Assembly: GCF_006345805.1 (NCBI RefSeq)
Contig: NC_043017.1
Coordinates: 7,130,001-7,194,000, forward strand
Direction of reading: 5' to 3'
Origin: Octopus sinensis
Lineage: Eukaryota
Length of the DNA: 64,000 nucleotides
Shown here: piece after piece, positions 1 through 12,699 of the stretch
Position numbering within the stretch: position 1 is the stretch's first letter
Layout: every line of letters starts with the position of its first letter
Program-made: the position numbers and the translations under genes
Notes under the pieces: generated by a model
What the model saw: the letters and a program-made list of their open reading frames with translations, nothing else
Databases searched by the model: none
What the model was told of the DNA's origin: nothing

Positions 1-1449
1 GGGGGGCGGGTTTGAGAGATATATATATAAACGGGCAGCGAAGTACGGGATGTACATTACTGTACATCTATTTAGTAGTACTCTCTCTCATCTGTACTTA
101 CATACTTTGGGCCACAAAAGTGAAGTCAACAAAGTGCTGAAGAGGCCTCATAATGCTGAAACATGTCCAGAATCTTTAACTTTTGTTTTCCTTTTTATGA
201 CTTAATCAAGAGGAAGAGCAGGGTTCATGGCCCCTTTTAGGGAGGTAAGTAGGAAGGCAAGTGGGTAAATAAGTAGGTGGATAGGTAGGTAGGTATACAC
301 ACCAAATTGTGACAAAGGATGGCGCTTTGTATTTGAGAGAAGACATCTCCCTCACTTTCTTAACACTATGAAACAAGAGTCAAGAACTGATCTGCAAGTC
401 CTTTTGGGGTTTAACCCTTTCATTACCAACCCAGCTGAAACCGGCTCTGGCTCTGAGTACAAATGTCTTGTTTCCATAAGTTTTGAATTAAAATCTTTCA
501 CCAAATTTTAGTCACAATTTATGTTCCTAACACTATATATATATATATATATGAGGTGGTTATGGCACTGGGCTGACAATCATGAGGCAGTGAGTTTGAT
601 TCCAGGACTAGGCTGTGTTGTGCTCTTTAGCAAGACATTATTTCATGTCATGACGTCACTGGTGCCAAACTATCAGCCTTTGCCTTTCTCTTGGACAACA
701 TCAGTGGCATGGAGAGGGGAGACTAGTATGCAGGCGCGACTGCTGGCCTTCCATAAACAACCTTACCCGCACTTGTGCCTTGGGGGGGAACTTTCTAAGT
801 GCAATGCAATCCCATGGTCATTCATGGCCGAAGGGGTCCTCACCCTTTTAAAATGAGATTTATCTCTCGCTGGATAGAGTACTCTTTTTGTCGAGCCTAC
901 TAATAACGGAACAGTAAACTACATATAACTATCATCATTGTTTTATGTCTGCTTTCCATGTGGGCGTGGGTTGTACAATTCAACAAGATCCAATAGGTTT
1001 GAGGACCAGTGTCTCAGTTTGGGCAGGGCATTTATGGCTGGACGCCCTTCTTGACACCAACTTGCAAAAACGTAAAGAGACCCCAAAACTGAGAGGGAGA
1101 ATAAGAAAAAGGACAGTGACTTTCGGCATATATATTGTTTGTTCCTTCTCAAGCCAAGCCTGGCTCATTAGGGCCGGTTTCCTGGTTTCCTCGGCGTATA
1201 GGCTCCCCACCTGGATGGGACACCGGTCCGTCGCAGGTGAGCTGGCAGTGTTTCTACAGTTGGATGCCCTTCCTAATGCCAACCACTCCGTGAGTGTAGT
1301 GGGTGCTTTTTACGTGCAACTGGCTCAGGGGTCAGAAGAGGCTGGCAAACGGCCACGTTCGGATGGTGCATTTTAGGTGCCACCGGCACGGGTATCATAA
1401 CTACAATTTCCATTTGATGTTGACATAATTGACTCAATATATATATATA

Positions 1450-1930
1450 TATAGTAAAGTTTATTTGCCAACGATGTTATTGTTGTTTGGCCCCAGGAAA
1501 AATCTTTTCCAGCTGGCTTTCGACACACCGTTTGTGTCTGCAAAGTGTAAGCCAAGGAAGGTCATCACTCCAATCTCTAGCCCTACGTGGTACTCAAAGA
1601 CCTAGGCTTCCGGGTTTTTTTCCACATCCTCGATGCAAGACAATCACAGGCTAGTGATGGAAGCTCACTCAACTTGCTTAAACTATATATTTTTTAAGCG
1701 ACACACAGTCGCTGATCATCTCACAAAGAGAGAAACAGCTAGTTTTAAATCTCTGAGAGAGAGATGCAATAACAGTACCAAATAGTAAAGTTTATTTGCC
1801 AACAGAATGTGACAGTCCTGTTCAAGTACGATGTTACTACTGTTGATCCCCAGGAAAAATCTTTTCCAACTGGCTATTGACACACACTTTGTGTCCATAT
1901 AGAGTAAGCAAGGGAGGTCACCTCTCCCAT
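1450..1930. repeat. Local direct duplication (1450-1580 and 1782-1930)
   Basis: atagtaaagtttatttgccaac and ccccaggaaaaatcttttcca.ctggct occur in both blocks. Confidence 0.7.
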
Positions 1931-2898
1931 CTCATATTGTTCTCAAACAGAATACTTTGTCCAACTTTAAACTATGTACTAATTATAGTGAAAGGAGGAG
2001 GAGGAGGAGGTAGAGTTGATAAGAGAGATAGACAGATAGACTGGCGAATGGATGGTTGGAAAGATTACGGGAGGCGGGATGGTACCGAGCGTACTGGACA
2101 GTGGTCAGAGACTGGCATTAGATAGGTCGTTTCCAAGCTGTTTTACTCATTGCAAGCTATGCTTCAACATTTGACCATCATGTAATGTAAATAAATGGTA
2201 AACCATGTGCTGAGATCAGACAAGTTTCTTAAACTATAAATATGTAAAATGAAGAAATTCATTGTTACAGCAACTATCCAGAGATTTCCCAGTTACACTG
2301 GGGCTATTTTTTCTTCTTTTACTTCCCCATGGTTTTGTCCTCCCTTGTTTTCTTGCGTGGTGGACTCTGACGTGTGATATGGTCACTGACAGCACAGATA
2401 CATCATCATCGTTTTAATGCCCCCTTTTCTGAGCTTGCATGGGTCTGATGAAGTTTATTGAGGCAGATTATCCGTGGTTGGATGCCCTTACCTGTTTCTG
2501 CCAACTTTCACCAGTTTCCAAGCAAGGTAATATTCACCCCATGGTGAAACAGGTTTTCACCGAATATTGGAAATGAAATGACGTTTATTTATAGCAATAA
2601 TGCAATACCAAAACAAGGAGATACAAAAACATATGCACATTCACACTTGCACACATCAGATGGGTTTTTTCAGTTCCTGTCTACTAAACCCCTTTATAAA
2701 GCTTTTGGCCCTGAGGCTATAGTAGAAGACACTCACCCTAGGTATAATCCAGCAGGGGTGTATATTCCAGGTGAGCTAGGTGTCTGCTGTGACTTAATCA
2801 CAAATCTTACTGGAAAACTTGTTATAGCCCTGCTTGAAATTGGGTGGCATTGGGTGTAGTGGCACACCCAATACAACAACCACTGATATGCAGTGGGA

Positions 2899-3128
2899 TG
2901 GTAAGCTGGCAGAACCGTTAGCACACCGGGTGAAATGCGTAGCCGTATTTCGTCTGCCATTACGTTCTGAGTTCAAATTCCGCCAAGGTCGACTTTGACT
3001 TTCATCCTTTCGGGGTCGATAAATTAAGTACCAGTTATGCACTGGGGTCGATGTAATCAACTTAATCCGTTTGTCTGTCCTTGTTTGTCCTCTCTATGTT
3101 TAGCTCCTTGTGGGTAATAAAGAAACAA
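2899..3128 (+). mobile_element. tRNA-derived SINE (family A), full copy with TSD; many more copies (e.g. 4909-5112, 14239-14458, 19685-20240, 21262-21405, 63265-63660)
   Basis: B-box-like GAGTTCAAATTCC; 13-bp target site duplication ATATGCAGTGGGA (2886-2898 and 3129-3141); inserted into another SINE. Confidence 0.85.
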
Positions 3129-4826
3129 ATATGCAGTGGGACTGAACTCCAAACCATGTGGTTGGAAAGCAAACTTCTTAACCACACAGCCACACCTGTA
3201 TCTCTAGGAGATTATGGGTATGATTACTGATCCATGCAAGACAACAGCAACCCAGATTAAGTTAACTGTTTACATGAAATGACCATCCAACCCAAAGATT
3301 GTTCCCTTGTCCCAGATGACCAACAAATCACACAAGACATGACATAAGACATCTACACACATGATCATCTACAGAAGATGACCATATCACCACCTCACCA
3401 ATTTTTAACCATTTCTCACCATGTTTCCAACCTACGAAAACAACCAACAGTTTCATTTCATTTAGAAAAATATACAACATTTAAGTTTATTTCGACATCC
3501 ACCAAGTGTTTGAAACACAACAAAAGACTTTTTGCATGAAATTATGCTGGAAGGAAGATTTTTTATTTAAAATATGAACATTTTAACCCTTCTGATACCA
3601 ACCCACCCCAGACTGCTCCTTTGTTCTGTAAGCTTCCCGTTTTAAAATGATCTAAATTAGTGGTTCTCAAACAAGGCCCCTATGACTTTGGTGGTTGAGG
3701 ATCCAACAGACTAGTCCTATTTCCCTCAAGGCAAAAAATATTTTTAACAATTTCTTTTTAATAATTTCTTCCTAATAATATTCCATTATAAAAATAACAC
3801 GAGTTTTAAAACATCGAATGGCCAGGAAGGTTCATTTGGGCAAAATAGGAATCAGAGGGGTCCATAAGCAAAAAAAATGGTTGAGAACCACTAATCTGAA
3901 TTAACCCCTTAGCATTCAGACTATTTTGTCAAATGTGATATTGATTTATTCACGTTGTTTTGAATTAATCGTACATTATCTTGTAGCTTTGAGATTTCAA
4001 TAATGAGATTGTTTATTTTTGGATTGGCACTGTATGGGAGGTATGAGAAACTGGATCTGGCCAGCTTGACAAGTAGAATATTTTGGCCATATATGACCAG
4101 CTTAAATGCTAAAGGATCAAAACCTTCCATCAAAATTCCATGTTAGTTCATGTCCCAAACACCACCAAAATAATTAGTGAAGATAATTTACTAAATTCTT
4201 CATTATCCCCATTTAATGTCCATGTTCCATGTTGGCACAGGGTGGCCAGTTTGACAAGGATCCTTTGAGTCCAAGGACTGCATCATACTAAGGGGTCTAC
4301 TTTGACATGGTTTCTACAGATGGATGCCCTTCCTAATGCCAACCACTTTACAGCCTGGACTGGGCATTCCTTTTTGTGTGTGTATGTCTTTCTATTTGTG
4401 CTAACCCCTACCGCCATCACCACCACCACCACTTGACAACTGGTGCTGCTTTGTACATATCCTTGTAACTTAGCAGCTCAGCAACAGAGATCAACAGATT
4501 AAGTACCAGATTTTTTCTTTTTAAAGCATCAGTACTGGAGCCAATTTGTTTGGCTAAACCCTTAAAGCCAAGTGCCCCAGCATGGCCTCAGTCCCAATGA
4601 CTCAAACAAATAAAAGGTCAAAGATTTGAATAGCACACAGAGATACATAAAAACACATGTAAGAACATTTAAAATCTTTTTTAACATTAAACACAACCCT
4701 TAACCCCTAAACCTGAAAAGAGACAAGTAATTTTTCTTTTGTTCATACATTTTGCTAAGTCAAACATTGAGCTCAGAATGCAAAGATACATGAAACACTG
4801 AAAAGCATTTTGTCCAATGTGCTAAC

Positions 4827-5309
4827 CAGGGAAATGGGGCCAGGGTCGGAGTTGGGGAGTCGGAATCGGGAACAATTAAGAGGTAGTCAGAGTCAGTAAA
4901 ACTATACCTATTTCTTTACTACCCACAAGGGGCTAAACACAGAGGGGACAAACAAGGACAGACAAATGGATTAAGTCGATTATATCGACCCCAGTGCGTA
5001 ACTGGTACTTATTTAATTGACCCCGAAAGGATGAAAGGCAAAGTCGACCTCGGTGGAATTTTGAACTCAGAACCTAATGGCAGACGAAATACGGTTACGC
5101 ATTTCGCCTGGCATGAGTCTTGAGTCAGTAAAACTATACCAACCCCGACTCCAACTCACAGTGTCTTTCTTCTTTAATACAAACCAGTTATAATGTATAG
5201 GCTGACTCAGAGTACAAGCGTATGCATAAGCTTTATGAGATATGTAGACCACAGTCACTCAGTTACATAAAGAGGAGTCAGAGTTTTTTGTTTCAACTCC
5301 ACAGCCCTG
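4827..5309. mobile_element. hAT-like MITE with nested SINE
   Basis: CAGGG...CCCTG termini, 8-bp TSD GTGCTAAC on both sides; interior homologous to 52066-52304. Confidence 0.8.
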
Positions 5310-7725
5310 GTGCTAACCCATTCTTTTTACAGAAGAAATTTTTCACAAGTGATTCTCCATTTTTTGCCTATGGAAACCCCTTTTGGCTCCCCTTTTACTC
5401 AGATGGACCCTCCATAACCATTCAAGGTTAAAAAAAAAAACAAAAAACCCTATTGCATTTTTAAAGTTAAATATTATTGGGAATTACATAAAAACAAAAT
5501 TGTTAAAACATTTTGCATATTGTTGAAGTATAATTGATTGTATTCCTTAAATCCGTAAAAATGTTTTAGCCCGAAGGCTGTGGCCATGCTGGGGCACCAC
5601 CACTGCACATAAATCCCACATGTATTGCACATAAATTTTTAACAAATTGTATATGGACTCCGCTGGGAACCACTGGTCAACAGGATCAGAACTGACCTAG
5701 GGTTAATCAAACACCACCGTGCTAAGATGATTGCCAGACCCCCACCCCACCGCCACCTCCGCTACAGTCCCCTTCCATTTTGTAGAACCATTTCTCTTAT
5801 GTAAGAAGAGATTGCCCAGTTGTAAATAAAGAAGATTGCTACACAACAAAGATGGTTTATAGACACAGTGTACTGACTGACTGGCTCTCGATTCCTCTGA
5901 TGTAGCAGTGTTTGATGGAGTGGCTACAGAGATTACTGGCCTGAGAGAAGGGGGAGGGGAGTACATTTACACACACACAGATTTAATATCTATTACATTT
6001 CGCAAACATCAATCATAATAAAATACACATTAATTTCCCATATTTTACGAAGATCAATCATACATCAAGCACCACACACACACACACAAACCAATACACA
6101 GAATGATCATCCTTACAGATGTACACTCCCTTACATGCACACACACACACATACACACACACACATACACACACACACAAATCAACTGCACATTTCCTAA
6201 CACACACACACATGGAATGATCCTCCTACACATTCATATCATAATTTACAAATACACAACCATCATCTTCATATCCACACACACACCCACACATGTGGTA
6301 GGAGCCTGTTTGAGATGACATTACCACATGGTGGCAAAGATGACCATTGAGTGCAACATAAACTGGACAGTTAGTACACACGTACTGTGGACATATGCAT
6401 ACACAACTGCAATATGAAACCAATGTTGAATTGACTGAAACAATTACTAGCGTGTGGCCTGAGGATGGACATTTCCAGATGTATTGACCAGATATATATA
6501 TATATGTCCATCCCTGGTCTCAGATCCAGTAAAATTGTTTTTGTTTTTTTTACAAAAGCAATAAAATACCCAGGGGCTATAGTAGAAGACACTTGTAGAA
6601 AGGCACTAGGGTAAATTCCAATAAAAAAGACGTAGCTTCTACAATATGTATTGAGCACGTCTAAATAAAAACCAACATGTGGTTAAGAACTTTGCCTGGC
6701 AGCTATGTGGTTTCAGGTTCAGTCCCACTGTACTAAGTGGAAACTGTATGGAAGTTTATAATATATATATATTAAAGGTGGTTTTTTTCTATTTTTTTTA
6801 TATATATTAATATTGTGTGAAATTTGATTTAGTATTTCTAAATTGAATTTTTCCCTGTAAGTTAGGATTAATATTCCCTCAAATAATTATTATATATATA
6901 TATATATTTATATATATGGGGTCATTTCATTATGTTGAAGCGTTAATCCCTACACATTTTTTTACCCTGAGGTGCTACCCAGTGGTTCCAAATACCCAGA
7001 AATGGTACCATTATCCAAGAGAAGCCTTACCTCACATTCAACTTGAAACACCCCCCCCCACCACAGCTAAAAACTAAGAGCTAGTCACACTCATCCCTTG
7101 TGACTCACCCAGCTATTCATCATCACACAAATATTTCTAAACAGTTCTAGGTTCAATATAATTCTAACAATGAGAATTAAGGTCTATTTTTTTTTCTTAA
7201 ATTAAAATTTTTTAAAAATAGAAAAAAAAGGAAAAAAATTATTTTTCTTCAAATTTTTGAAAAACAAATTCATTCAGAAAAATAAACTTTAGAAAAAAAA
7301 AATTTTAATCTTTTGTTTTTAAAATTTTTTTTTTTGGCATTTTACTCATCACAGAAATTGTATTAATTACACATCACCGTATGGATTCTAATTCACTTCA
7401 AGTTTCACTTCCTGAAAAATTGCAACTAATATTTGAAACTCTCCTCATCACCAACCCGTCACCACCGCCACTGTGTGGTAAAAAGTGTGTTTCATAGCTA
7501 CATGGTTCTAGGTTCACACACACATATACAACAGGCTTCTTTCAGTTTCTGTCGACCAAATCAACTCACAAGGCTTGGGTTAGCCCAAGGCCATAGTGGG
7601 AGACATTTGCCCAAGGTGCCTTGCAGTGGAACTGAACCCGGAACCATGTAATTGGGAAGCAAGCTTCTTACCACACAGCCACATCTGCGCTCGTGAACTA
7701 AGATGATGTACCACCTGAGACTATG

Positions 7726-8140
7726 GATGCAAGACAAATTTCCTCATGGATATGAAGCCAGATCATATGCTGATACCTATTGACAGTGAGAGTGAACTGA
7801 GGTAATGCAGAGTAGAGCATTGCATCATAAAGACAGTGTGATGCGAGATAAACCTCCTCATGGATAAGAAGCACTCCCGGATCATCAACTGGTGCCTGTT
7901 GACAGCTAAGGTGAACTGAAGTAATGAAGAATATAGAATAGCACCATAGAGACAATGTGATGCGAGATAAATCTCCTGGATGTGACTCCAGTCTATCACC
8001 AGTAACATTCTCATATGATCCGGTGGTTTCTATTGACAACTGGAATGGACTGAGGTAATGAAGAGACACTGCCATGAGAAGAAAAGCTCTTCGTGGATAA
8101 GCTACCTGTCTATCACAGGTAATATTCATAGCAGTCAAAT
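7726..8140. repeat. ~120-bp diverged tandem repeat (about 3.5 units)
   Basis: Recurring gatgc.aga.aaa...ctc.tggat ... ttgaca ... actga.gtaatg blocks. Confidence 0.75.
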
Positions 8141-9849
8141 CTCCCTCAAAGTGACACATTCAATACTTGTAATCCTACGTCGCTGGTCACAGTGTACTTC
8201 ACATTATTTTTAGCTTTCTGAATCACACCACACCAGTGGCTAGGTGAACAGGCCACCACTACCCCTGATCGGAAGGCCAGACAGCTTTTCTGTCACGGGG
8301 TGACCCCTTTATAGGTGAGTGAGCTGAAGCAACGGGAAACAACGTTTTGCTCAAGAACACATTGCACCTTCCAGTCCAGGAATCGAACTCATGATCTAGC
8401 AGTTCAGTTGTGAGTGCAACACCCTAACCACAAGGCCACGTGCCTTTACAGATGCCCCAAACAGGGACCAAGTTTTACTGGGAAACATTACCCGTGACAC
8501 ACCAACAATGCATTGAAGATTACCATTCACACTTAGCAGGGGCCCTTCTGGTTGCCCCCCTTGTGTTAGGTTTGAGGGATTTTTCATCAAAATATATTTT
8601 TCTTTTTCTTTTTTTTCTCTCTCCCTACCAAAGGAACAGGCATGGCTGGGTGGCACCTTGAGCAAGCATCTTTTACTATAGCCTCGTGCCAACCAAAGCC
8701 TTGTCAGTGGTCTTGGTAGATGGAAACCAAAATGAAGCCTGCCATGTATATGTGTGTGTGTCGCCACCCCCGCTGCTTGGCAACCGGTGCTGGTGTGTTT
8801 ACGTCCCTGTAACTCAGCAGTTCAGCAACAGAGACTAGCAAAATAATGCTTCAAACATAAAATAAGCACCAGGAATGATTTGTCCAAGATGGTGCCCCAG
8901 CATGGTCGCAGTCTAATGACTGAAACAAGTCATTAGAACAAAATTTTTCAAGACGGTGCCCCAGCATGGCCGCAGTCGACTGAAACAAAAGGTAAAAGTT
9001 CTGTGTGTCCACCATGTGGTTTTGAGGCTGTCTTTAGTGAATTTCACCTTGTTGCAAGTATTTGGCCCAGACTCCTTGTTCTTTCTCTCCCTGCAACATC
9101 CATCCTTCAGTTTGGATGTCAGCTTCATCAATCTTAAAATGTCTGCAAAAGGGGATGCCAGCAAAGGACGGGGGCGGGGGAGGGATACTACCTCTCCTTT
9201 TCTGATTACTCAATTAAAAAATTTTTTTTTTCCTCTCTTTTTTTTTTTTTTGCAGTATAAGAAAAGATTTGAACTTAAATAAAGTAGTATCATCGCTGCT
9301 ACCATCATTTTCCCAAGCAGCACCCCCACCGCCATCATCTTCACCAGCAGCACCACCCCCACCATTATCATCATCACTACCACCTCCAGCAGCACCATCA
9401 TCATCACTGTCATCATCTTCACCACCCACCCCCCACCACCCATCATCCTCATCACTGCTTCTAACCCCCACCTGCCCATCCCCATCATCATCACCAGCAT
9501 CATCATCAGTCAGTGAAGTTTTGAGTGCATCATATAGCAGCACCCCCACAGACTTGGGAGTAGGATTTAAAACATAAATAAACCAGCTTTCATTACAAAG
9601 TTCTCCTGCAAGTAAATTCAAGACAGTAGTTTGGTAATTTAGCAGCTGAATAGTAGGAACGGATGGTGGGAAGGAAGAACCGGTCTCTATGGAAACGATA
9701 CAGAGAGTGCACAAGGTGTAATGAGATATAAATTGATAAAAATATTAAAATAAAAAAAAAAACGACAACAAAAAATAAACAAAGGCAAAATGAAAACACA
9801 ACAAAGTGAAAACAATTCCAATATTGGAGGCAAGCACTCAACAACTACA

Positions 9850-10640
9850 ACTTAAACACCACTTATATCAACTATGACCTAAACACCAGCTATATATATA
9901 TATATATACCAGCTATGGCCTAAACACTATAGATAACAGCATTACAAAACAGCTTTAGCTTAAACACTATAGATATATAACAGATATGACCTAAACACTA
10001 CAGATAACAGATTTAGCCTAAATCCTACAGATAAAACAGCTTTAGCCTAAACACTAGATATAAAACAGCTATGGCCTAAACACGGCAGATACAAAACAGC
10101 TTTAGCCTAAACACTATAGATATATAACAGCTATGGTCTAAACACTACAGATATAAAATAACTATGGACTAAACACTACAGATATAAAAGAGCTTTAGCT
10201 TAAACACTATAGGTAGATAACAGCTATGGCCTAAACACTACAGATACATACCACCTATAGCCTAAACACTACAGATATAAAACAACTTTAGCCTAAACAC
10301 TAGATATAAAACAGCTGTGGCCTAAATACTACAGATATGACAGCTATGGCCTAAATGATAGTTACTATGATTATGAGCTAAACACTAGACAACAGATATA
10401 GCTTAAACACTACAGATATATAATAGCTATAGCCCAAACACTTTAGATATATAAGTTATGATTTAAACACTACAGATAATAGCTTTAGCCTAAACACTAA
10501 GTAACAGCTATGGTCTAAACACTAGTAATTATAACCTAAACATCACAGATATATAATAGCTATGACCTTAACACCAGTTATACAATAGCTACTGCCCAAA
10601 CACTAAGTTATAATATGACACTTAGTATCTAAATGCTAAT
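9850..10640. repeat. ~30-bp minisatellite
   Basis: More than 20 diverged units of CAGCTATGGCCTAAACACTACAGATATAAAA. Confidence 0.9.
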
Positions 10641-12469
10641 TATAAGTTATGACCTAAGCACTGTAATCATATAAGAGATACGACCCAAACCCAAGTTTTA
10701 TTAACTACCAGTTAAATACTAATTACTTAATAGCTGTGATCCATATGCTACTGTTATCAGCAATGACCTACATCTGACCTAAAATGAAATAAGAGCTATC
10801 AATGGTGATGTATCCGATGGGGAAATGCTTAGCAGTATCTCATCTGTCTTTACGCTCTGAGTTCAAATTCTGCTGAGGTCGACTTTGCCTGTCATTCTTT
10901 CGGGGTCGATAAATTAAGTACCATTTGCATACTGGGGTCGATCTAATCGACTGGGCCCCCTCCCCCAAAATTTCAGGCCTTGTGCCAAGAGTAGAAAAGG
11001 ACATATCTGATGGGGAATAAGAATAAAACACTCCCTTACAGTACCCAGGACATCAAAAAGCCTGTTGTACATAATAATGGTATGAGGGGTGTTAAGAGCC
11101 TACAGTACCCCAGAAGTTTGTGTGACATCTTGGGAAAGTGGCTGCTACTATAGTCCTGGGCCTAGTAAGTGGATTTGATAGATGGAAACTGAAAGAAGCC
11201 TGTCATATAATCATGTATGTGTGTGTGGTGGGGAGAGGTATTATTGTCTCCTGGTGATAGTTGTAAACGAGCATCACCACCACGCAAATGGTGTCCTTTG
11301 TTTCTAATCTTCTGTGGAAGCATGGTTGGTCTAGGGGAAATATTCCCTTGCTTGGAAACAGGCAAGGGTTGGTGACAGGAAGGGCATCCGGCTGTAGAGA
11401 ATCTGCCTCAACAAATTCTACCCAACCCATGCAAGCATGGAGAAGTGGATGTTATGGTTATGATGGTGGTGGTGGTGGTGGTGGTGGTAGTGATGGTACC
11501 TGGACAATGTGAAAGGACTGTTTAACTTATAATGGGACTGAAACTTTCAGGAATGGCAAAATAAACTTAAAGAATTCTAGAAGAGAAGAAACCAAATAAG
11601 ATTTATAACATTGTCAAATTGATGAAGGAACCTCTTCATAGTTACTTGATCTGCTTTAAAAAACAGTCAAATCCCAATCAAATCACATCATACCATCTTA
11701 TCCCATTCAATGCCAACCAGCTGAGGTTGCTCCTGGACTCCTAAAGTACAAAATTCTTGTTTCAGAATAACCTAAATTAAAACCTTCAATCAAAATTTTC
11801 TATTAATTTAGGTCTTGAACACCAGCTTAATAATGAATTTATTTTGCTAATTTCTTCATTAGTTTCAAAATTAATTGAAACGAAGGCAGGCTATTTCAAC
11901 AGAAATACAATATTATTTGAAAAAAAAAAAGGTTAAATACTGTATGACACCATCAGCTTTGTTGCTCTGTAACTCATCTAAAACTACCCTTCGTTCTGTG
12001 AAACTAATTCCCAGTTTTAAATTGATCGAAATTAAAGCCTTCCATTTTCCAGGTTCATTTATGTTCTAAACACTTGACTTAATTAATGAAGGTTATTTGA
12101 TTAATTTCTTCATTAATTTCAAAATTAACTGAAACAAAAGGCAATGCATTTCTACAGAAAGGTTAAGTAATTCTTTGAAATACAAGGCAAAGCCTTTCTT
12201 AACTCTTTCAATACCAACACACCTAAAACTTCCCCTTAGTTCTATGATACAAATTCTTTGTTTTAACTCTTTAGCATCAACATTATTCTGTCAGAAGTAA
12301 TGCTTATTTATTCTCATTGTTTTGTATTAATCGTGGTTTGAGATTTTGAAGAGGTTACTGTTTTTAGAATGATATTGTAAGGTTGGTGTGAAAGGCCAGA
12401 TCTGGTCAGTTTGGTAATAAAACAGGTAGAATATTTTGGTCAGATATGGTCGGTTTAAATGCTAAAGCG

Positions 12470-12699
12470 TTAACCCTTTTGATATCAACCTGGCTGAAAC
12501 CGCCTCTGGCTCTGTAGTACAAATGTCTTGTTTTCTTAAGTTTTGAATTAAAATCTTCTACCAAACCTTAGTCACAATTTATGTTCCTAACACTAGCTTA
12601 ATGATAACTAAGTTATTTTACTAAATTCTTTGTTATATTTAAAATTAATTGAAAGAAACACAGAGCATCTCAACAGAAATACAGTAATGAAAGGGTTAA
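12470..12699. mobile_element. piggyBac-like MITE in a nested MITE cluster (about 11700-12850); related copies at 411-535, 3901-4120, 37320-37490
   Basis: TTAA-CCCTTT...AAAGGG-TTAA termini; adjoins a second TTAA-bounded element at 12263-12473. Confidence 0.72.

Noticed and set aside
2899-2985. tRNA genes suggested by B-box motifs
   Set aside because: These are tRNA-derived SINE heads; no complete cloverleaf seen.
9850-10640. CRISPR-like periodicity
   Set aside because: Eukaryotic context, no unique spacers, no cas genes; it is a minisatellite.
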